From contig CAVYTA010000007.1 in assembly GCA_963771355.1 (NCBI GenBank), positions 704,001 through 768,000 of the forward strand: a stretch of DNA of 64,000 bases. Direction: 5' to 3'. The notes under the pieces were generated by a model that was not told the origin of the DNA, ran no database searches, and saw nothing but the letters and a program-made list of their open reading frames with translations. Below, in pieces: positions 18,149 to 28,561 of the stretch (its first letter is position 1; each line of letters starts with the position of its first letter). Both the position numbers and the translations under genes were made by a program. Origin of the DNA: an uncultured Candidatus Rokubacteria bacterium. Lineage in GTDB: Bacteria > Methylomirabilota > Methylomirabilia > Rokubacteriales > CSP1-6.

Positions 18149-19348
18149 ATGCGGCATCCTGACGTGATCGTGGTCGGCGGCGGCATCGCGGGCGCGGCGA
18201 CGGCGTATGAGCTGGCGCGGCACGGCCATCGCGTCACCCTCGTCGAGCGGGGGGAACTCGCCGGCGAGGCGTCAGGCGTCAATGCCGGCTCCATCGACGC
18301 CACCGGCTGGGGGAAGGCCCCGGACCTCCAGGTGCACCTGACCACCGGGAGCCTCGAGCTCTTCCAGGCGCTCCAGCAGGACGAGGGGCACGATATCGAG
18401 CTCCGGTCGTCGGGCTATCTCCAGGCCATACACACCGAGGCCCAGCTCGCCTGGGCGCGCGAGCGCGTGCGCGATCTGACCGGCAAGGGCCATGCGGCCG
18501 AGCTGCTCGACGCGGGCGCGGCCCGGAAGCTCGAGCCGGACCTGAATCCGGACCTGCCGGGCTACGTGCACTATCCGGAGCGGGCGCAGGCGGATCCGGT
18601 GAAGGCCACGCGGGCATTCGCCGAGGCCGCGACACGCCGGAGCGCCCGCGTGCTCACGGGGCGCGAGGTGCGGGCCCTTCACCGCGACGGCCAGGGCTGG
18701 CGCGTGGACGTGGGCGAGGAGACGCTGGCCGCCGCCGCCCTGGTCCTCGCCGCCGGACCCTGGTGCGCCGCGCTGGGCGCCGCGATCGGGCTCGACATCC
18801 CCATCGTGCCGGTGCGCGGGCAGATGTGGGCGACGGCGCCGCTCCCGGCCCGCGTGGGCCACGTCATCGGCTCGTCGGAGTCCGGCATGCACTGGCAGGG
18901 CGCGCCGGGCGGAGACGGCGCCACACCCCCGTTCCTCACGCACCGGGGAGGGACGCGGGTGACCCGGCATCTCTACGGGCGACAGACGCGCGAGGGCACG
19001 ATCATCTTCGGCGGTGATCGCGAGCTCGTCGGCTTCGACAAGACGCCGGACCCAGACGGGATCGCGGTCAATCGCGGCCATGCCGCCGAGGTGCTGCCCT
19101 TTCTCCACGACGTCCCCGTCGCGCGGACCTGGGCCGGGCTCATGCCCTTTCCCCTCGACGGCAAACCCTTGATCGGCCGCCTGCCCGGCCACGCGGGGCT
19201 CTACATCGTGGGCGGCCTCGCCTCCTCCGGGTTCGGGCGCGGGCCGATGGCGGGCAAGCTGGTGGCCGATCTCATCCACACCGGCGCTCCGCATCCCGTG
19301 CTCGCGGAGGCCGACCCGGCTCGCTGCGTGCGGCCGCGCCGCCGCTGA
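18149..19348 (+). CDS. FAD-dependent oxidoreductase (DAO/glycine oxidase family)
   Basis: VIVVGGGIAG, ASGVNAG, PVRGQ, WAGLMPFPLDGKPLIG. Confidence 0.9.
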   Translation: MRHPDVIVVGGGIAGAATAYELARHGHRVTLVERGELAGEASGVNAGSIDATGWGKAPDLQVHLTTGSLELFQALQQDEGHDIELRSSGYLQAIHTEAQLAWARERVRDLTGKGHAAELLDAGAARKLEPDLNPDLPGYVHYPERAQADPVKATRAFAEAATRRSARVLTGREVRALHRDGQGWRVDVGEETLAAAALVLAAGPWCAALGAAIGLDIPIVPVRGQMWATAPLPARVGHVIGSSESGMHWQGAPGGDGATPPFLTHRGGTRVTRHLYGRQTREGTIIFGGDRELVGFDKTPDPDGIAVNRGHAAEVLPFLHDVPVARTWAGLMPFPLDGKPLIGRLPGHAGLYIVGGLASSGFGRGPMAGKLVADLIHTGAPHPVLAEADPARCVRPRRR

Positions 19349-19354
19349 GCGGGG

Positions 19355-21034
19355 CTACCGGCCCCGGCGCGCCTCGACCTGCCGCCGGAGCGCGTCGGCC
19401 AGCGGCTTCTTCTCGGGCCCGGCGCTCCGGAAGTAATAGCGGTGGAGCACGTCGTAGATGCGCCGCGCCTCGTCGGGCGACGCCGTCTCGATATGCCGCC
19501 GGGCCTCGCGGAGCGTGCCCTCGATGGGCACGAAGCGCACGTCGGGGTGCCCCCGCAGCGGATCCATGATGGCGTCCACGTAGGTCCAGATGCGTGCCTT
19601 GAGGATGCCGCCGAAGACGATCTCGTCCACGCGCGGCTCCGCCCGGGGATCGGCGGGCTCCTGGGCGAAGATGAAGTGAATGTCGTGTGCCGTCATCCAC
19701 CCCGGGTCGGCGACCTTCTCGTGCCCGACATGGCCCCGGGCCTCGAGCGGCGCCTTGGCCAGCGAGTACTGGGTGAGCCCGGTCATCTCCGCCAGGTAGG
19801 GCAGGCCGCTGTAGTAGCCGAACATGCACATGCCGCCCTCGAACATCGCCCGCACCGGCGCGCGGGCGAGCACGCGGGCGGCCACCTGAGCCTGCGCGCG
19901 CCGCAGCTCGACGTAGGACGGCGTGTAGTACGCGGGCTCGTCCGCGATGCCCCGGAGCCGCTCGGTGGGCGTGAGATAGATCGGATAGGGCAGCGCGAGG
20001 CCTACCGCGACGAGGGCGGCCACGGCCGCCCGCATGGGCCAGCCCGCGAGGGCAACCATAGAGTCCTCGATCACGATGAACAGCAGCGGCAGCGCGGGAA
20101 TCAAGCGACGGGCGAACATGAAGTCGCCGCCGCTGTGAGCGACGTACGCGGTGAAGGCGACGAAGGCGACGAGGAGAACCCCATGCGACCGCGACCGCGG
20201 GATCTCCACGCGCGCGCGGCGCGCCAGCCCCAGGGCCGTCACGACGAGGACGAGGGGTATCAGGAACCAGTGCTTCTTGAAGAAGAGATACACGTAGTAC
20301 ATCCCCTGCGTGTAGAAGGGGTCGAGCGCGGACTTCGAGTAGAAGGCGGTCGGGAAGAGATCCCCGTAGTAGGCGAGCTTGAAGGCGGCCAGGGCCGCGC
20401 CGCCCAGGGCGAGCGGGACGGCGAGGGCGGCGGCGAGGGCCAGCCGCTCCCGCGGGTACATGGCGTCGTTGACGAACCACGCTCCCGCCAGCGCCACCGC
20501 CGCGAAGATGACCCCGTCGGGCCGCGTGGCCACCGCCGCGACGAGGAGCACCCCGGCGAGCATCAGCTGGCGCGGGCGAGCGCCCGGCCGGCTCGCGAGG
20601 AGCAGCCCCGCCGTCACGAGGAGGGTGAAGAGGCTGGTCTCGAGGCCGCCGGTGGCCCAGACCTGGAAGTCCTCGAGGAGCAGGACGAGCGCCGCCGCGA
20701 GCGGGAAGAAGAGGCCGGGTCGGTCGCGCCGCCAGCTCCGCCACCCCAGGATCCCCACCAGCGCCAGCCAGGCGGCGATGCCGAGCACCGGCGCGGAGAC
20801 CTCCGGGGGGACCCCCAGCCGCAGCGCCCCGGCGAGGAGCAGGGTCCAGAGGAGATTGGTATAGCCCTCGACGCGCTCGCCCACGTTGTAGACGAGGCCG
20901 TGGCCGCGCACCAGGTGATCGGCATAGCGGAAGGAGATGAAGCTGTCGTCGGACAGCCAGGCGGCGCCCAGCGCGCGCCGGAGGCCGAGGACGAGGGCTA
21001 TCGCGGCGAGCGCCGCCGAGACGGCGAGCCTCAC
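19355..21034 (-). CDS. Polytopic GT-C-like glycosyltransferase (AftB-like)
   Basis: SDDSFISFRYADHLVRGHGLVYNVGERVEGYTNLLW, GGLETSL, TRPDG, YYGDLFP..YSK, GGDFM. Confidence 0.75.
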   Translation of the reverse strand: MRLAVSAALAAIALVLGLRRALGAAWLSDDSFISFRYADHLVRGHGLVYNVGERVEGYTNLLWTLLLAGALRLGVPPEVSAPVLGIAAWLALVGILGWRSWRRDRPGLFFPLAAALVLLLEDFQVWATGGLETSLFTLLVTAGLLLASRPGARPRQLMLAGVLLVAAVATRPDGVIFAAVALAGAWFVNDAMYPRERLALAAALAVPLALGGAALAAFKLAYYGDLFPTAFYSKSALDPFYTQGMYYVYLFFKKHWFLIPLVLVVTALGLARRARVEIPRSRSHGVLLVAFVAFTAYVAHSGGDFMFARRLIPALPLLFIVIEDSMVALAGWPMRAAVAALVAVGLALPYPIYLTPTERLRGIADEPAYYTPSYVELRRAQAQVAARVLARAPVRAMFEGGMCMFGYYSGLPYLAEMTGLTQYSLAKAPLEARGHVGHEKVADPGWMTAHDIHFIFAQEPADPRAEPRVDEIVFGGILKARIWTYVDAIMDPLRGHPDVRFVPIEGTLREARRHIETASPDEARRIYDVLHRYYFRSAGPEKKPLADALRRQVEARRGR

Positions 21035-21444
21035 GCGGCGGGGATCGCGAGGAAGAACGTGCTCCCTGAGCCGATGGTGGATTGGGCCCAGGCCCGGCCG
21101 CCGTGGCGCTCGGCCACCTTCCGCACGATGGCCAGGCCTACGCCCGTGCCCGGATACTCCTCGGTGCGATGCAGGCGCTCGAAGATGCCGAAGATGCGAT
21201 CGTGGTGCTTCATGTCGAACCCGATGCCGCCGTCGGCGACGGCGATCACCGCCTCGCCGCCCTCCCGATAGGAGCGGACGGTGATCACACCGCTGCCGGC
21301 CCCCGCGGCGTCGATCCGATAGAGATGGACCTGACGGCCTCGGATGAATCGCATGACCGCCGTCGCGATCCGCTCCGCGGCGGGGACGAGGTCGACGGCG
21401 TCCACCAGCGCGGGCCGGGGCGTCGACTCGGGAGAGGGCCCCAT
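21031..21444 (-). pseudogene. Histidine-kinase remnant (HATPase_c C-terminal half only)
   Basis: VADGGIGFD..RIFGIFERLH..YPGTGVGLAIVRKV..HGG..GSTF, but no H-box or N-box. Confidence 0.6.
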
Positions 21445-21513
21445 GCCGTCGAGGGTAGTGGAAACCGCGTGCGGACGTGTCAACAAACGTGGGGGCGCCG
21501 GCGCCGGAGGTCG

Positions 21514-21933
21514 TCAGTCCACGAAGCGGGCCATGGCCTCCGGAGCGACCGGAATCGCACGCAGACCCTTGGGCGAGGCGGGGTCGGGGACCACCCACGC
21601 GCGGCGCTCGAAGCCTTCCAGCGCGGGGCGGCCGTCGGCGTGGGTGAGGCGGTGCTTGACGAGGAAGGTGCGGCCCGACCACTCCTCGACCCAGCTGCGC
21701 ATCTCGAGCTCGTCGCCCAGCCGACAGGCGTTCACATAGCGGGCGCCCGTCTCGAGCAGCGGCATGCCCGCCACGCCGAAGTCGCGGCGCAGCTCAGGGT
21801 AGGAGAGGTGGTTGGCCTTGAACAGCCGCTCGGTGCCGCCGTCGAACCAGAAGTAAAAGTACGGGTAGAAGACGATGCCGGCGGCGTCGCAGTGCGCCCA
21901 CTCGACGGTGATCCGCGTCACGTACACCTTCAC
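21514..21933 (-). CDS. Acyl-CoA thioesterase (4HBT/hotdog fold)
   Basis: VEWAHCDAAGIVFYPYFYFWFD. Confidence 0.85.
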   Translation of the reverse strand: MKVYVTRITVEWAHCDAAGIVFYPYFYFWFDGGTERLFKANHLSYPELRRDFGVAGMPLLETGARYVNACRLGDELEMRSWVEEWSGRTFLVKHRLTHADGRPALEGFERRAWVVPDPASPKGLRAIPVAPEAMARFVD

Positions 21934-22007
21934 CGCGCCCTACTATACGCGAGCTCCGCGCGTTTCGGCTTGACCGGCCGCGCGGGCGCCTCTTAGAGTG
22001 GCCGCGA

Positions 22008-23705
22008 ATGGCGCATCACACGCCGCTCATCGCCACCATCGTCATGGGCCTCGGCCTGGCCTTCCTGCTGGGTCTCCTCGCCCAGCGCTTCCGGATCTCC
22101 CCGCTGGTCGGCTATCTCCTCGCGGGGGTGCTGGTGGGCCCCTTCACCCCCGGATTCGTCGCCGATCAGGCGCTGGCCCCGGAGCTCGCGGAGATCGGCG
22201 TCATCCTCTTGATGTTCGGCGTGGGTCTGCACTTCTCGCTCGAGGACCTCCTCTCGGTACGCGCCATGGCGCTGCCCGGCGCCATGGTTCAGATGGCGGT
22301 GGCGACCGCGCTGGGTTTTGTCCTCGCGCGCGGGTTGGGCTGGCCGGCGGCGGCCGGGGTGGTCTTCGGGCTCGCGCTCTCCGTGGCCAGCACCGTGGTG
22401 CTGCTCCGCGCGGTGCAGGAACGGCGGCTCATCGAGACCGAGCGGGGCCGCATCGCGGTGGGCTGGCTCATCGTCGAGGACCTCGCCATGGTCCTGGCGC
22501 TCGTGCTCCTGCCCGCACTGGCGGGAATGCTGGCGCCGGCGGAGCCGGGTGCTCAGACGGGGAGCCTCCTCGTCACCCTGGCGCTCACCCTCGGCAAGGT
22601 GGTGGCCTTCGTGGCGTTCATGCTCATCGTCGGGAAGCGGGTCATCCCCTGGCTGCTCGAGTACGTGGCGGGGACCGGCTCGCGCGAGCTGTTCCGGCTC
22701 GCCGTGCTCGCCATCGCGCTCGGCGTGGCCTTCGGCGCGGCGCGGCTCTTCGGCGTCTCCTTCGCCCTGGGCGCCTTCTTCGCCGGCATGATCCTGAGCG
22801 AGTCCGAGCTGAGCCACCAGGCGGCGGAAGAGTCGCTGCCGCTCCGGGATGCCTTCGCGGTGCTCTTCTTCGTCTCGGTGGGGATGCTCTTCGATCCGTC
22901 GACCCTCCTGCGGGATCCGATTCCGGTGCTCCTCACCGTGCTCATCATCGTGATCGGCAAGTCGGTGGCCGCCTTCGCCATCGTGGCGCTCTTTCGCTAT
23001 CCCGTCGCCACCGCGCTCACCATCTCGGCCAGCCTCGCCCAGATCGGCGAGTTCTCGTTCATCCTGGCGGGGCTGGGCGTGGATCTGGGGCTCCTGCCGG
23101 AGCGCGGCCGGGATCTGGTCCTGGCCGGCGCGATCATCTCCATTCTGGTGAATCCCATGGTGTTCGCGGCGGTGGACCGGCTCGTCCCGCGGCGGGCCGG
23201 CGGCGACGGGGTCTCCGAGCGCGCGGGGGCGCCCGGCTCAGCGGGGGTGGCGGCGGGCGGGGCGGGCTGGCGCGATCACCTCATCCTGGTCGGCTATGGC
23301 GGGGTGGGCCGGTCCGTGGCCCGCGGGCTGCGGGAGCGCGGCGAGACCTTCGTGGTGATCGAGGATGCCGACACGCTGGTGGAGAGCGCCCAGGCCGACG
23401 GGATGCCCCTGGTGGTCGGCCACGCCGCCACGCCGGAGATCCTCGCCGCCGCCGCCGTCACCGTCGCGCGCAAGCTCCTCATCGCCATCCCCAATGTCTT
23501 CGAGTCGGGGCAGATCGTCGAGCAAGCGCGCGCCGCGAGCCCGTCGCTGGTCATCGTCGCGCGCGCGGACTCGGCCGCGGAAGCCGAGCACCTGGCGGGG
23601 CTCGGTGCCGACGTGATCGTGGAGCGACGCGCCGAGATCGCGCGGGGGCTCCTCGCCCACGCGGGCGCCGAGGGCCCGCCGCGGGATGCCGCCGTCCGCC
23701 TTTGA
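22008..23705 (+). CDS. ybaL: CPA2 cation:proton antiporter with TrkA-N domain (YbaL/RosB type)
   Basis: LAEIGVILLMFGVGLHFS, LPLRDAFAVLFFVSVG, LAQIGEFSFIL, HLILVGYGGVG. Confidence 0.85.
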   Translation: MAHHTPLIATIVMGLGLAFLLGLLAQRFRISPLVGYLLAGVLVGPFTPGFVADQALAPELAEIGVILLMFGVGLHFSLEDLLSVRAMALPGAMVQMAVATALGFVLARGLGWPAAAGVVFGLALSVASTVVLLRAVQERRLIETERGRIAVGWLIVEDLAMVLALVLLPALAGMLAPAEPGAQTGSLLVTLALTLGKVVAFVAFMLIVGKRVIPWLLEYVAGTGSRELFRLAVLAIALGVAFGAARLFGVSFALGAFFAGMILSESELSHQAAEESLPLRDAFAVLFFVSVGMLFDPSTLLRDPIPVLLTVLIIVIGKSVAAFAIVALFRYPVATALTISASLAQIGEFSFILAGLGVDLGLLPERGRDLVLAGAIISILVNPMVFAAVDRLVPRRAGGDGVSERAGAPGSAGVAAGGAGWRDHLILVGYGGVGRSVARGLRERGETFVVIEDADTLVESAQADGMPLVVGHAATPEILAAAAVTVARKLLIAIPNVFESGQIVEQARAASPSLVIVARADSAAEAEHLAGLGADVIVERRAEIARGLLAHAGAEGPPRDAAVRL

Positions 23706-24920
23706 CTAGCCCGCGGCGCGGCCGGTGGCGCCCGCGGGCGCGGTCGCGGCGCGCGCCCGCGCGGAGCTCAACCCGCCGGGTAGTAGCGAGACGAAGACGG
23801 TGGTCAGCGCGGCGAGCCCCGCCAGCGCGAGGAGCAAGGTCGAGAAGCCGGCGGTCTTGACCGTCGGCCCCAGCAGGTACACCGCCAGCGAGCTCACCCC
23901 GAAGGAGACCGCCAGCCGCGTCCCCGTCACCCGCGAGCGCAGGCGGTCGTCCACGTACTGGACGATGAGCGCGTCGATGAAGGGGATGCCGCCGAAGACG
24001 AAGATCATCACGCCCAGCACCAGCGCGTACAGCGGCCAGCCGGTGGCCTGCGCGGCGAGCAGGAAGAGCGGGATCTGCGCCGCCGACACCGGCAGCCAGA
24101 TGCGCTTGAGCGGGAAGCGGTCGAGCAGCTTGCCCACCACGAGCTGGGCGAGCGAGGCCACCGTGTAGACCACCGCCAGCAAGGTGCCGAGCGTGGCGGG
24201 GTCGTCCACCACGCCACGCAGGCGCTCGCCGAGGAGCTGCCCATTGCCGTTGGTGGTGAAGTTGAAGACCAGGCTGCCCGAGATGGCGGCCAGCGTCATC
24301 ACCGCGAAGGCGCGCACCATCACCGCGGGCGGCAGATCGAGCGCCTTCTTCGGCCGCTTCGCGGGTGGCGCCTCCTCGCGCGGGGCGAGCAGCGCGAAGA
24401 GCGCCGAGCAGGCGAGGGCGAACACCGCCGGCACCGCGAAGGCGGCCCGCCAGCCCAGGTGCTTGACGAGGAATCCGGTCAGGATGGCGGCGATGGCGAT
24501 GCCGAGATTGCCCGCCAGCCCGTTCACGCCGATGGTGAAGCCGGGGTTCTTCGCGCTCTGCACCAGCATGGGAATCCCGACCGGATGATAGATGGACGCG
24601 AAGACGCCCATGAGGGTGAGCGCGGCGGCCAGCGGCCACACCCCCGGCGCGAGCGCGATCAGGAGTCCCGACGCGCCCATGCCGGCGAAGAAGATGACCA
24701 TCATCACGCGCCGGCCCCACAGATCGCCCAGCCGGCCCGCGGGCAAGGACCCCAGGCCGAACATCACGAAGGCGCCCACGGTATAGGGCATCAGGTCCTG
24801 CCAGGCCATGCCCCATTCGGCGGCGATGGCGCCGACCGCGGTGGCAAAGATCAGAAGGAACAGGTGATCGATGGCGTGGCCGGCATTGAGCAGCAGCGAG
24901 GTCGCGCTGAGTCGCGGCAT
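23706..24920 (-). CDS. MFS transporter
   Basis: ~12 TM, GRLGDLWGRR motif A, FASIYHPVG. Confidence 0.9.
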   Translation of the reverse strand: MPRLSATSLLLNAGHAIDHLFLLIFATAVGAIAAEWGMAWQDLMPYTVGAFVMFGLGSLPAGRLGDLWGRRVMMVIFFAGMGASGLLIALAPGVWPLAAALTLMGVFASIYHPVGIPMLVQSAKNPGFTIGVNGLAGNLGIAIAAILTGFLVKHLGWRAAFAVPAVFALACSALFALLAPREEAPPAKRPKKALDLPPAVMVRAFAVMTLAAISGSLVFNFTTNGNGQLLGERLRGVVDDPATLGTLLAVVYTVASLAQLVVGKLLDRFPLKRIWLPVSAAQIPLFLLAAQATGWPLYALVLGVMIFVFGGIPFIDALIVQYVDDRLRSRVTGTRLAVSFGVSSLAVYLLGPTVKTAGFSTLLLALAGLAALTTVFVSLLPGGLSSARARAATAPAGATGRAAG

Positions 24921-24994
24921 CCGGAGGCCTCCCTTGGCTGGCCCCTACTGTACCCTCTTGCCGTGCTGTCTCACTCGCTGTAGAAAGACAAGAA

Positions 24995-25792
24995 ATGCCG
25001 AGATCGGGACAAACCGCCTCGCAACCCAGATCCACCGACCCCGCGGACTATCAGCACGTGGCCCGCCCGGTGGCCGCCATGGCCAAGGACTTCCCCGCCG
25101 GTCAGCACATCCCCCGGCACCTCCACGCGCGGGCCCAGCTCATCTTTGCCGCCGCCGGCGTCATGCTGGTGAGCACCGACGAGGGAAGCTGGGCGGTGCC
25201 CCCGCAGCGCGCGGTCTGGATGCCGGCGGGCACGGCGCACGAGATCCGCATGCCGGGCGCGGTGGCCATGCGCACGCTGTACGTCCGCTCCGACGCGGCC
25301 GCCCGGATGCCCGCGCGCGTCCACGTCATCGCCGTCTCGGCGCTGCTGCGCGAGCTCATCCTGCGTGCGTGCGCGTTGCCCCTGCTCTACGAGGAGCGCG
25401 GGGCGACGGGCCGGCTCATGACCCTCATCCTGGACGAGATCGCGGCGCTCCCCACCCTCGGCCTCGACCTCCCCATGCCACATGATCCGCGCCTGGCCCG
25501 TATCTGCCGGGCACTCGGCGCGGACCCCGGCTCCACGCGCACGCTCGAGGACTGGGGCCGCGAGGCGGGCGGCTCGGGGCGCACGCTGGCGCGGCTCTTC
25601 GTTCGCGAGACCGGGCTCACCTTCGCCGCCTGGCGCCAGCAGGCGCGTCTCCTCGCCGCGCTGGCCCGGCTGGCCGCGGGTGAGCCGGTCACGCGCATCG
25701 CGCTGGATCTCGGCTACGAGTCGCCCTCGGCATTTGCCGCCATGTTCAAGCGTGCGCTCGGCGCCCCGCCGAGCCGCTATCTCGCGAGCTGA
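24995..25792 (+). CDS. AraC family transcriptional regulator (cupin + HTH)
   Basis: HLHARAQL, VPPQRAVWMPAG..H, RTLARLF..ETG, LGYESPSAF. Confidence 0.9.
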   Translation: MPRSGQTASQPRSTDPADYQHVARPVAAMAKDFPAGQHIPRHLHARAQLIFAAAGVMLVSTDEGSWAVPPQRAVWMPAGTAHEIRMPGAVAMRTLYVRSDAAARMPARVHVIAVSALLRELILRACALPLLYEERGATGRLMTLILDEIAALPTLGLDLPMPHDPRLARICRALGADPGSTRTLEDWGREAGGSGRTLARLFVRETGLTFAAWRQQARLLAALARLAAGEPVTRIALDLGYESPSAFAAMFKRALGAPPSRYLAS

Positions 25793-25832
25793 TCGCCTGC
25801 TCCTCACCCGCTAGCCGCCGGAGCCCCCTGCC

Positions 25833-26468
25833 ATGTACGTGCCGAAGCACTTCGATCCCGCCGATGCCGCGTGGTGCCATGCCCTCATGGCGCGCGAGAG
25901 CTTCGCGCTGCTCGTCAGCACCGGGGCGGAGGGCTTGCCCTTCGCGACCCACTTGCCGCTCCTCCTGGACGCCGACCGCGGGCCCCATGGCACCATCGTG
26001 GGGCATCTCGCGCGCGCCAATCCGCACGCCCGGCTGCTCGCCGAGGGACGCCCGACGCTGGCCGTGTTCCAGGGCCCTCATGCCTATGTCTCGCCGGGCT
26101 GGTACGCGACGCACCCCAGCGTGCCCACCTGGAACTACGTGGCGGTGCATGCTTCGGGCCGGCCCCGGCTCCTCGAGGAGCCCGCGCGCGTCACCGCGCT
26201 GCTCGCCCGCATGGTGACGACCTACGAGGCCGGGCGCGCCGAGCCCTGGCGCTTCGACTCGCTGACGGAGGACTACGTGACAGCGATGATCCGCGCCATC
26301 GTCGCCTTCGAGCTGCCCATCGAGCGGCTGGAAGGCAAGGCGAAGCTCAGCCAGAATCGTCCGGCCGAGGACCAGGCCGGCGCCATCGGCGGGCTGGAGG
26401 CTTCCGCCGACCCGCTGGCGCGGGCCACCGCGGCCCTCATGGCCGAGCGGTCACGCGCCAAATCCTAG
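25833..26468 (+). CDS. paiB: FMN-binding negative transcriptional regulator (PaiB family)
   Basis: MYVPKHF, GHLARANP, GPHAYVSPGWY, VPTWNY, KLSQNR. Confidence 0.85.
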   Translation: MYVPKHFDPADAAWCHALMARESFALLVSTGAEGLPFATHLPLLLDADRGPHGTIVGHLARANPHARLLAEGRPTLAVFQGPHAYVSPGWYATHPSVPTWNYVAVHASGRPRLLEEPARVTALLARMVTTYEAGRAEPWRFDSLTEDYVTAMIRAIVAFELPIERLEGKAKLSQNRPAEDQAGAIGGLEASADPLARATAALMAERSRAKS

Positions 26469-26501
26469 GTCGGGCGCACCAAGCAGGCTCTGCTACGTCG
26501 G

Positions 26502-27095
26502 CTAGCCGGCCTGGCGGGGGCGGACGAGCCGGACGCGCAGGGTCTCCACCTGCTCGGGAAAGGGAACCCCGCCGCGCGCCGTCATCGGAGTCTGCTCGGC
26601 GAGCCCCGTGTGCAACTCGACGAACACCGGCCCCTCGGCGCGGAGCAGCTCGGGGAGCCGACGCTTGAAGTCGTCGAGGGTGTCGATGGACAGCGCCTGC
26701 CGGTAGCCCGCCCCCTTCGCCATCAGCACGAAGTCCACGCTGAACCCGCCGGGAATGCCCTGGGCGCCGGAAGTGTGGTAGACGCCGTTCTTGAAGAGCA
26801 GATGCACGAAGTTCCGCGGCGCGGCGCCGGCATTGGTGGCCAGCGAGCCCAGCTGCATGAGCAGCGATCCGTCGCCGTCGAGCACGATCACGCGGCGGTC
26901 CGGCCGGGCGAGGGCGAGGCCGAGCCCCATCGAGGAGGCGCCCCCCATGAAGCCCACGCAGCCCACGGAGAGATCGTCGGGGGCGATGGTGCGCCACGCC
27001 GGCGAGGTGGTCATGGTCGGCACGCAGATGGCGTCGCCGCGCGCGGCGGCGATCACCTGGAGCACGTCCTCCGGCTTCATGGGCTTGTCGGCCAT
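26502..27095 (-). CDS. TPP-binding decarboxylase beta subunit (sulfopyruvate/phosphonopyruvate decarboxylase-like)
   Basis: MGGASSMGLGLALARPDRRVIVLDGDGSLLMQLGSL..NGVY. Confidence 0.85.
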   Translation of the reverse strand: MADKPMKPEDVLQVIAAARGDAICVPTMTTSPAWRTIAPDDLSVGCVGFMGGASSMGLGLALARPDRRVIVLDGDGSLLMQLGSLATNAGAAPRNFVHLLFKNGVYHTSGAQGIPGGFSVDFVLMAKGAGYRQALSIDTLDDFKRRLPELLRAEGPVFVELHTGLAEQTPMTARGGVPFPEQVETLRVRLVRPRQAG

Positions 27096-27655
27096 CAGGA
27101 GGTCTCCAGGCCCACCAGCACCACCGCGGGGCCGCGGCGGGACCGGCTCAGCCGGTAATACTCCGGAATGAGATGCACGTCGTTCGGCCCCTCCAGGCGC
27201 GCGTGTGGCACGCCGAAGGTGTCGAGCAACGGCTCGGCGAACCGGACCATCGAGTGGCGCGACTCGCGCGGATCCTTGTCCTTCTCCCGGCTGAGCAGCC
27301 CGACCATGTAGAACATCGGGATCTTGCCGTCCATGGCCACGCCCCGCAGCGTATTAACGGACGCGTAGAGGCCCGCGTGCTGGATCATCAGGACCACCGG
27401 CTCGCCGCCCATGTAGAGCCCCGCGCCGACGGCGGTGGCCTCGTCCTCGGTGGCGCAGGTGACCACGCGGAGGGATTCCTCCTTGTCGAGGGCGGCCAGC
27501 ACCGTTTTCTGGTGGGTGTCCGGGACGCTGAGGATCCAGCCGAGGTGGTCGTGCCGTGAGGGCTCGGCATTGTCCTTGGCCAGCGCCGCGCGGGCCTCGC
27601 GGAAGGTGTCCTTGAGCGTTTCGATGATGAGACTCGCGGGGATGGATTCGGGCAT
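27095..27655 (-). CDS. TPP-dependent decarboxylase alpha subunit (ComD-like)
   Basis: SVPD, ATEDEATAVGAG, MIQHAGL..SVNTL; coupled to the beta subunit. Confidence 0.75.
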   Translation of the reverse strand: MPESIPASLIIETLKDTFREARAALAKDNAEPSRHDHLGWILSVPDTHQKTVLAALDKEESLRVVTCATEDEATAVGAGLYMGGEPVVLMIQHAGLYASVNTLRGVAMDGKIPMFYMVGLLSREKDKDPRESRHSMVRFAEPLLDTFGVPHARLEGPNDVHLIPEYYRLSRSRRGPAVVLVGLETS

Positions 27656-27784
27656 GGGGCCTCCTGAGCGCCTCATATTACCCCAAGCCGGCTTGGCCCT
27701 TTCAAGCGGCGCACCTCTCTGCTAGACTTGACGTGTCGGACGCGGGAAGACGATCAAGAAAGTCAGATAGTTATCGGGGGCGAC

Positions 27785-28006
27785 ATGGGCCGGCCGGGCA
27801 TCCGGGATCTGATCGGGCGAGCGATGATCGAGAAGGAGTTCCTCTCCGAGCTCATCCGCGATCCGGAAACGGTGCTTGCCGGCTTCGACCTCGACCCCGA
27901 GGAGCGGAGCACCCTCATGCAGGCAGTGGCCCGGACCGGGAACGGCAGCACGGCCGAGCGCGCCCGCGCGTTCCAGTCCATCTTGATGAAGCGCTGGGCC
28001 ACCTGA
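27785..28006 (+). CDS. NHLP-clan small protein (Os1348/Franean1_4349-like leader peptide fold), 73 aa
   Basis: IRDLIGRAMIEKEFLSELIRDPETVLAGFDLDPEE matches the NHLP pattern RA..D.EF...L..DP...L....L. Confidence 0.75.
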   Translation: MGRPGIRDLIGRAMIEKEFLSELIRDPETVLAGFDLDPEERSTLMQAVARTGNGSTAERARAFQSILMKRWAT

Positions 28007-28048
28007 GCGCACCCCGCCCCGCGCCGTCCATTTCCGGGACCCCCTCCA

Positions 28049-28561
28049 GTGGCGAAGTCGGCCGACCTCAATTTCCTGCGTCAGGTCATCCTGTTCCGGG
28101 ACATCGCCGACAGCGAGCGCGACGCCATCTGGTCACGCCTCGAGGAGCGGCGTCTCCGCCGCGGCGAGGCGCTGTTCCGCGAAGGTGACTCCGGTACCGA
28201 GCTCTTCTTCATCCGGAGCGGCACGGTGATCGTCTCCAAGCACGTGGCGGGCCGGGTCGAGCAGGTGCTGGCGCGGCTGGGGCCGGGCGACTTCTTCGGC
28301 GAGATGAGCCTCTTCGACGGCCAGCCGCGCTCCGCCACCATCCAGGCGGAGGCGGACACCGTGCTCTTCTGGCTGGACCGCGCCAATCTCGACCAGCTCA
28401 TCGAGCAGAACCCGCGCGCCGCCACCGCCTTCTTCACCCAGCTCGTGCTGGTCTTCATCAAGCGCCTGCGCGACTCCTCGGACCTGGTGGCCGAGGTCAC
28501 CCGCTGGGGACTCGAGGCCACCGGGCTCAACGTCGATCGTCCGGCCACGGGCGGCCATTGA
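28049..28561 (+). CDS. Stand-alone cyclic nucleotide-binding domain protein
   Basis: LFREGDSG, LGPGDFFGEMSLFDGQPRSATIQA; no HTH. Confidence 0.9.
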   Translation: MAKSADLNFLRQVILFRDIADSERDAIWSRLEERRLRRGEALFREGDSGTELFFIRSGTVIVSKHVAGRVEQVLARLGPGDFFGEMSLFDGQPRSATIQAEADTVLFWLDRANLDQLIEQNPRAATAFFTQLVLVFIKRLRDSSDLVAEVTRWGLEATGLNVDRPATGGH

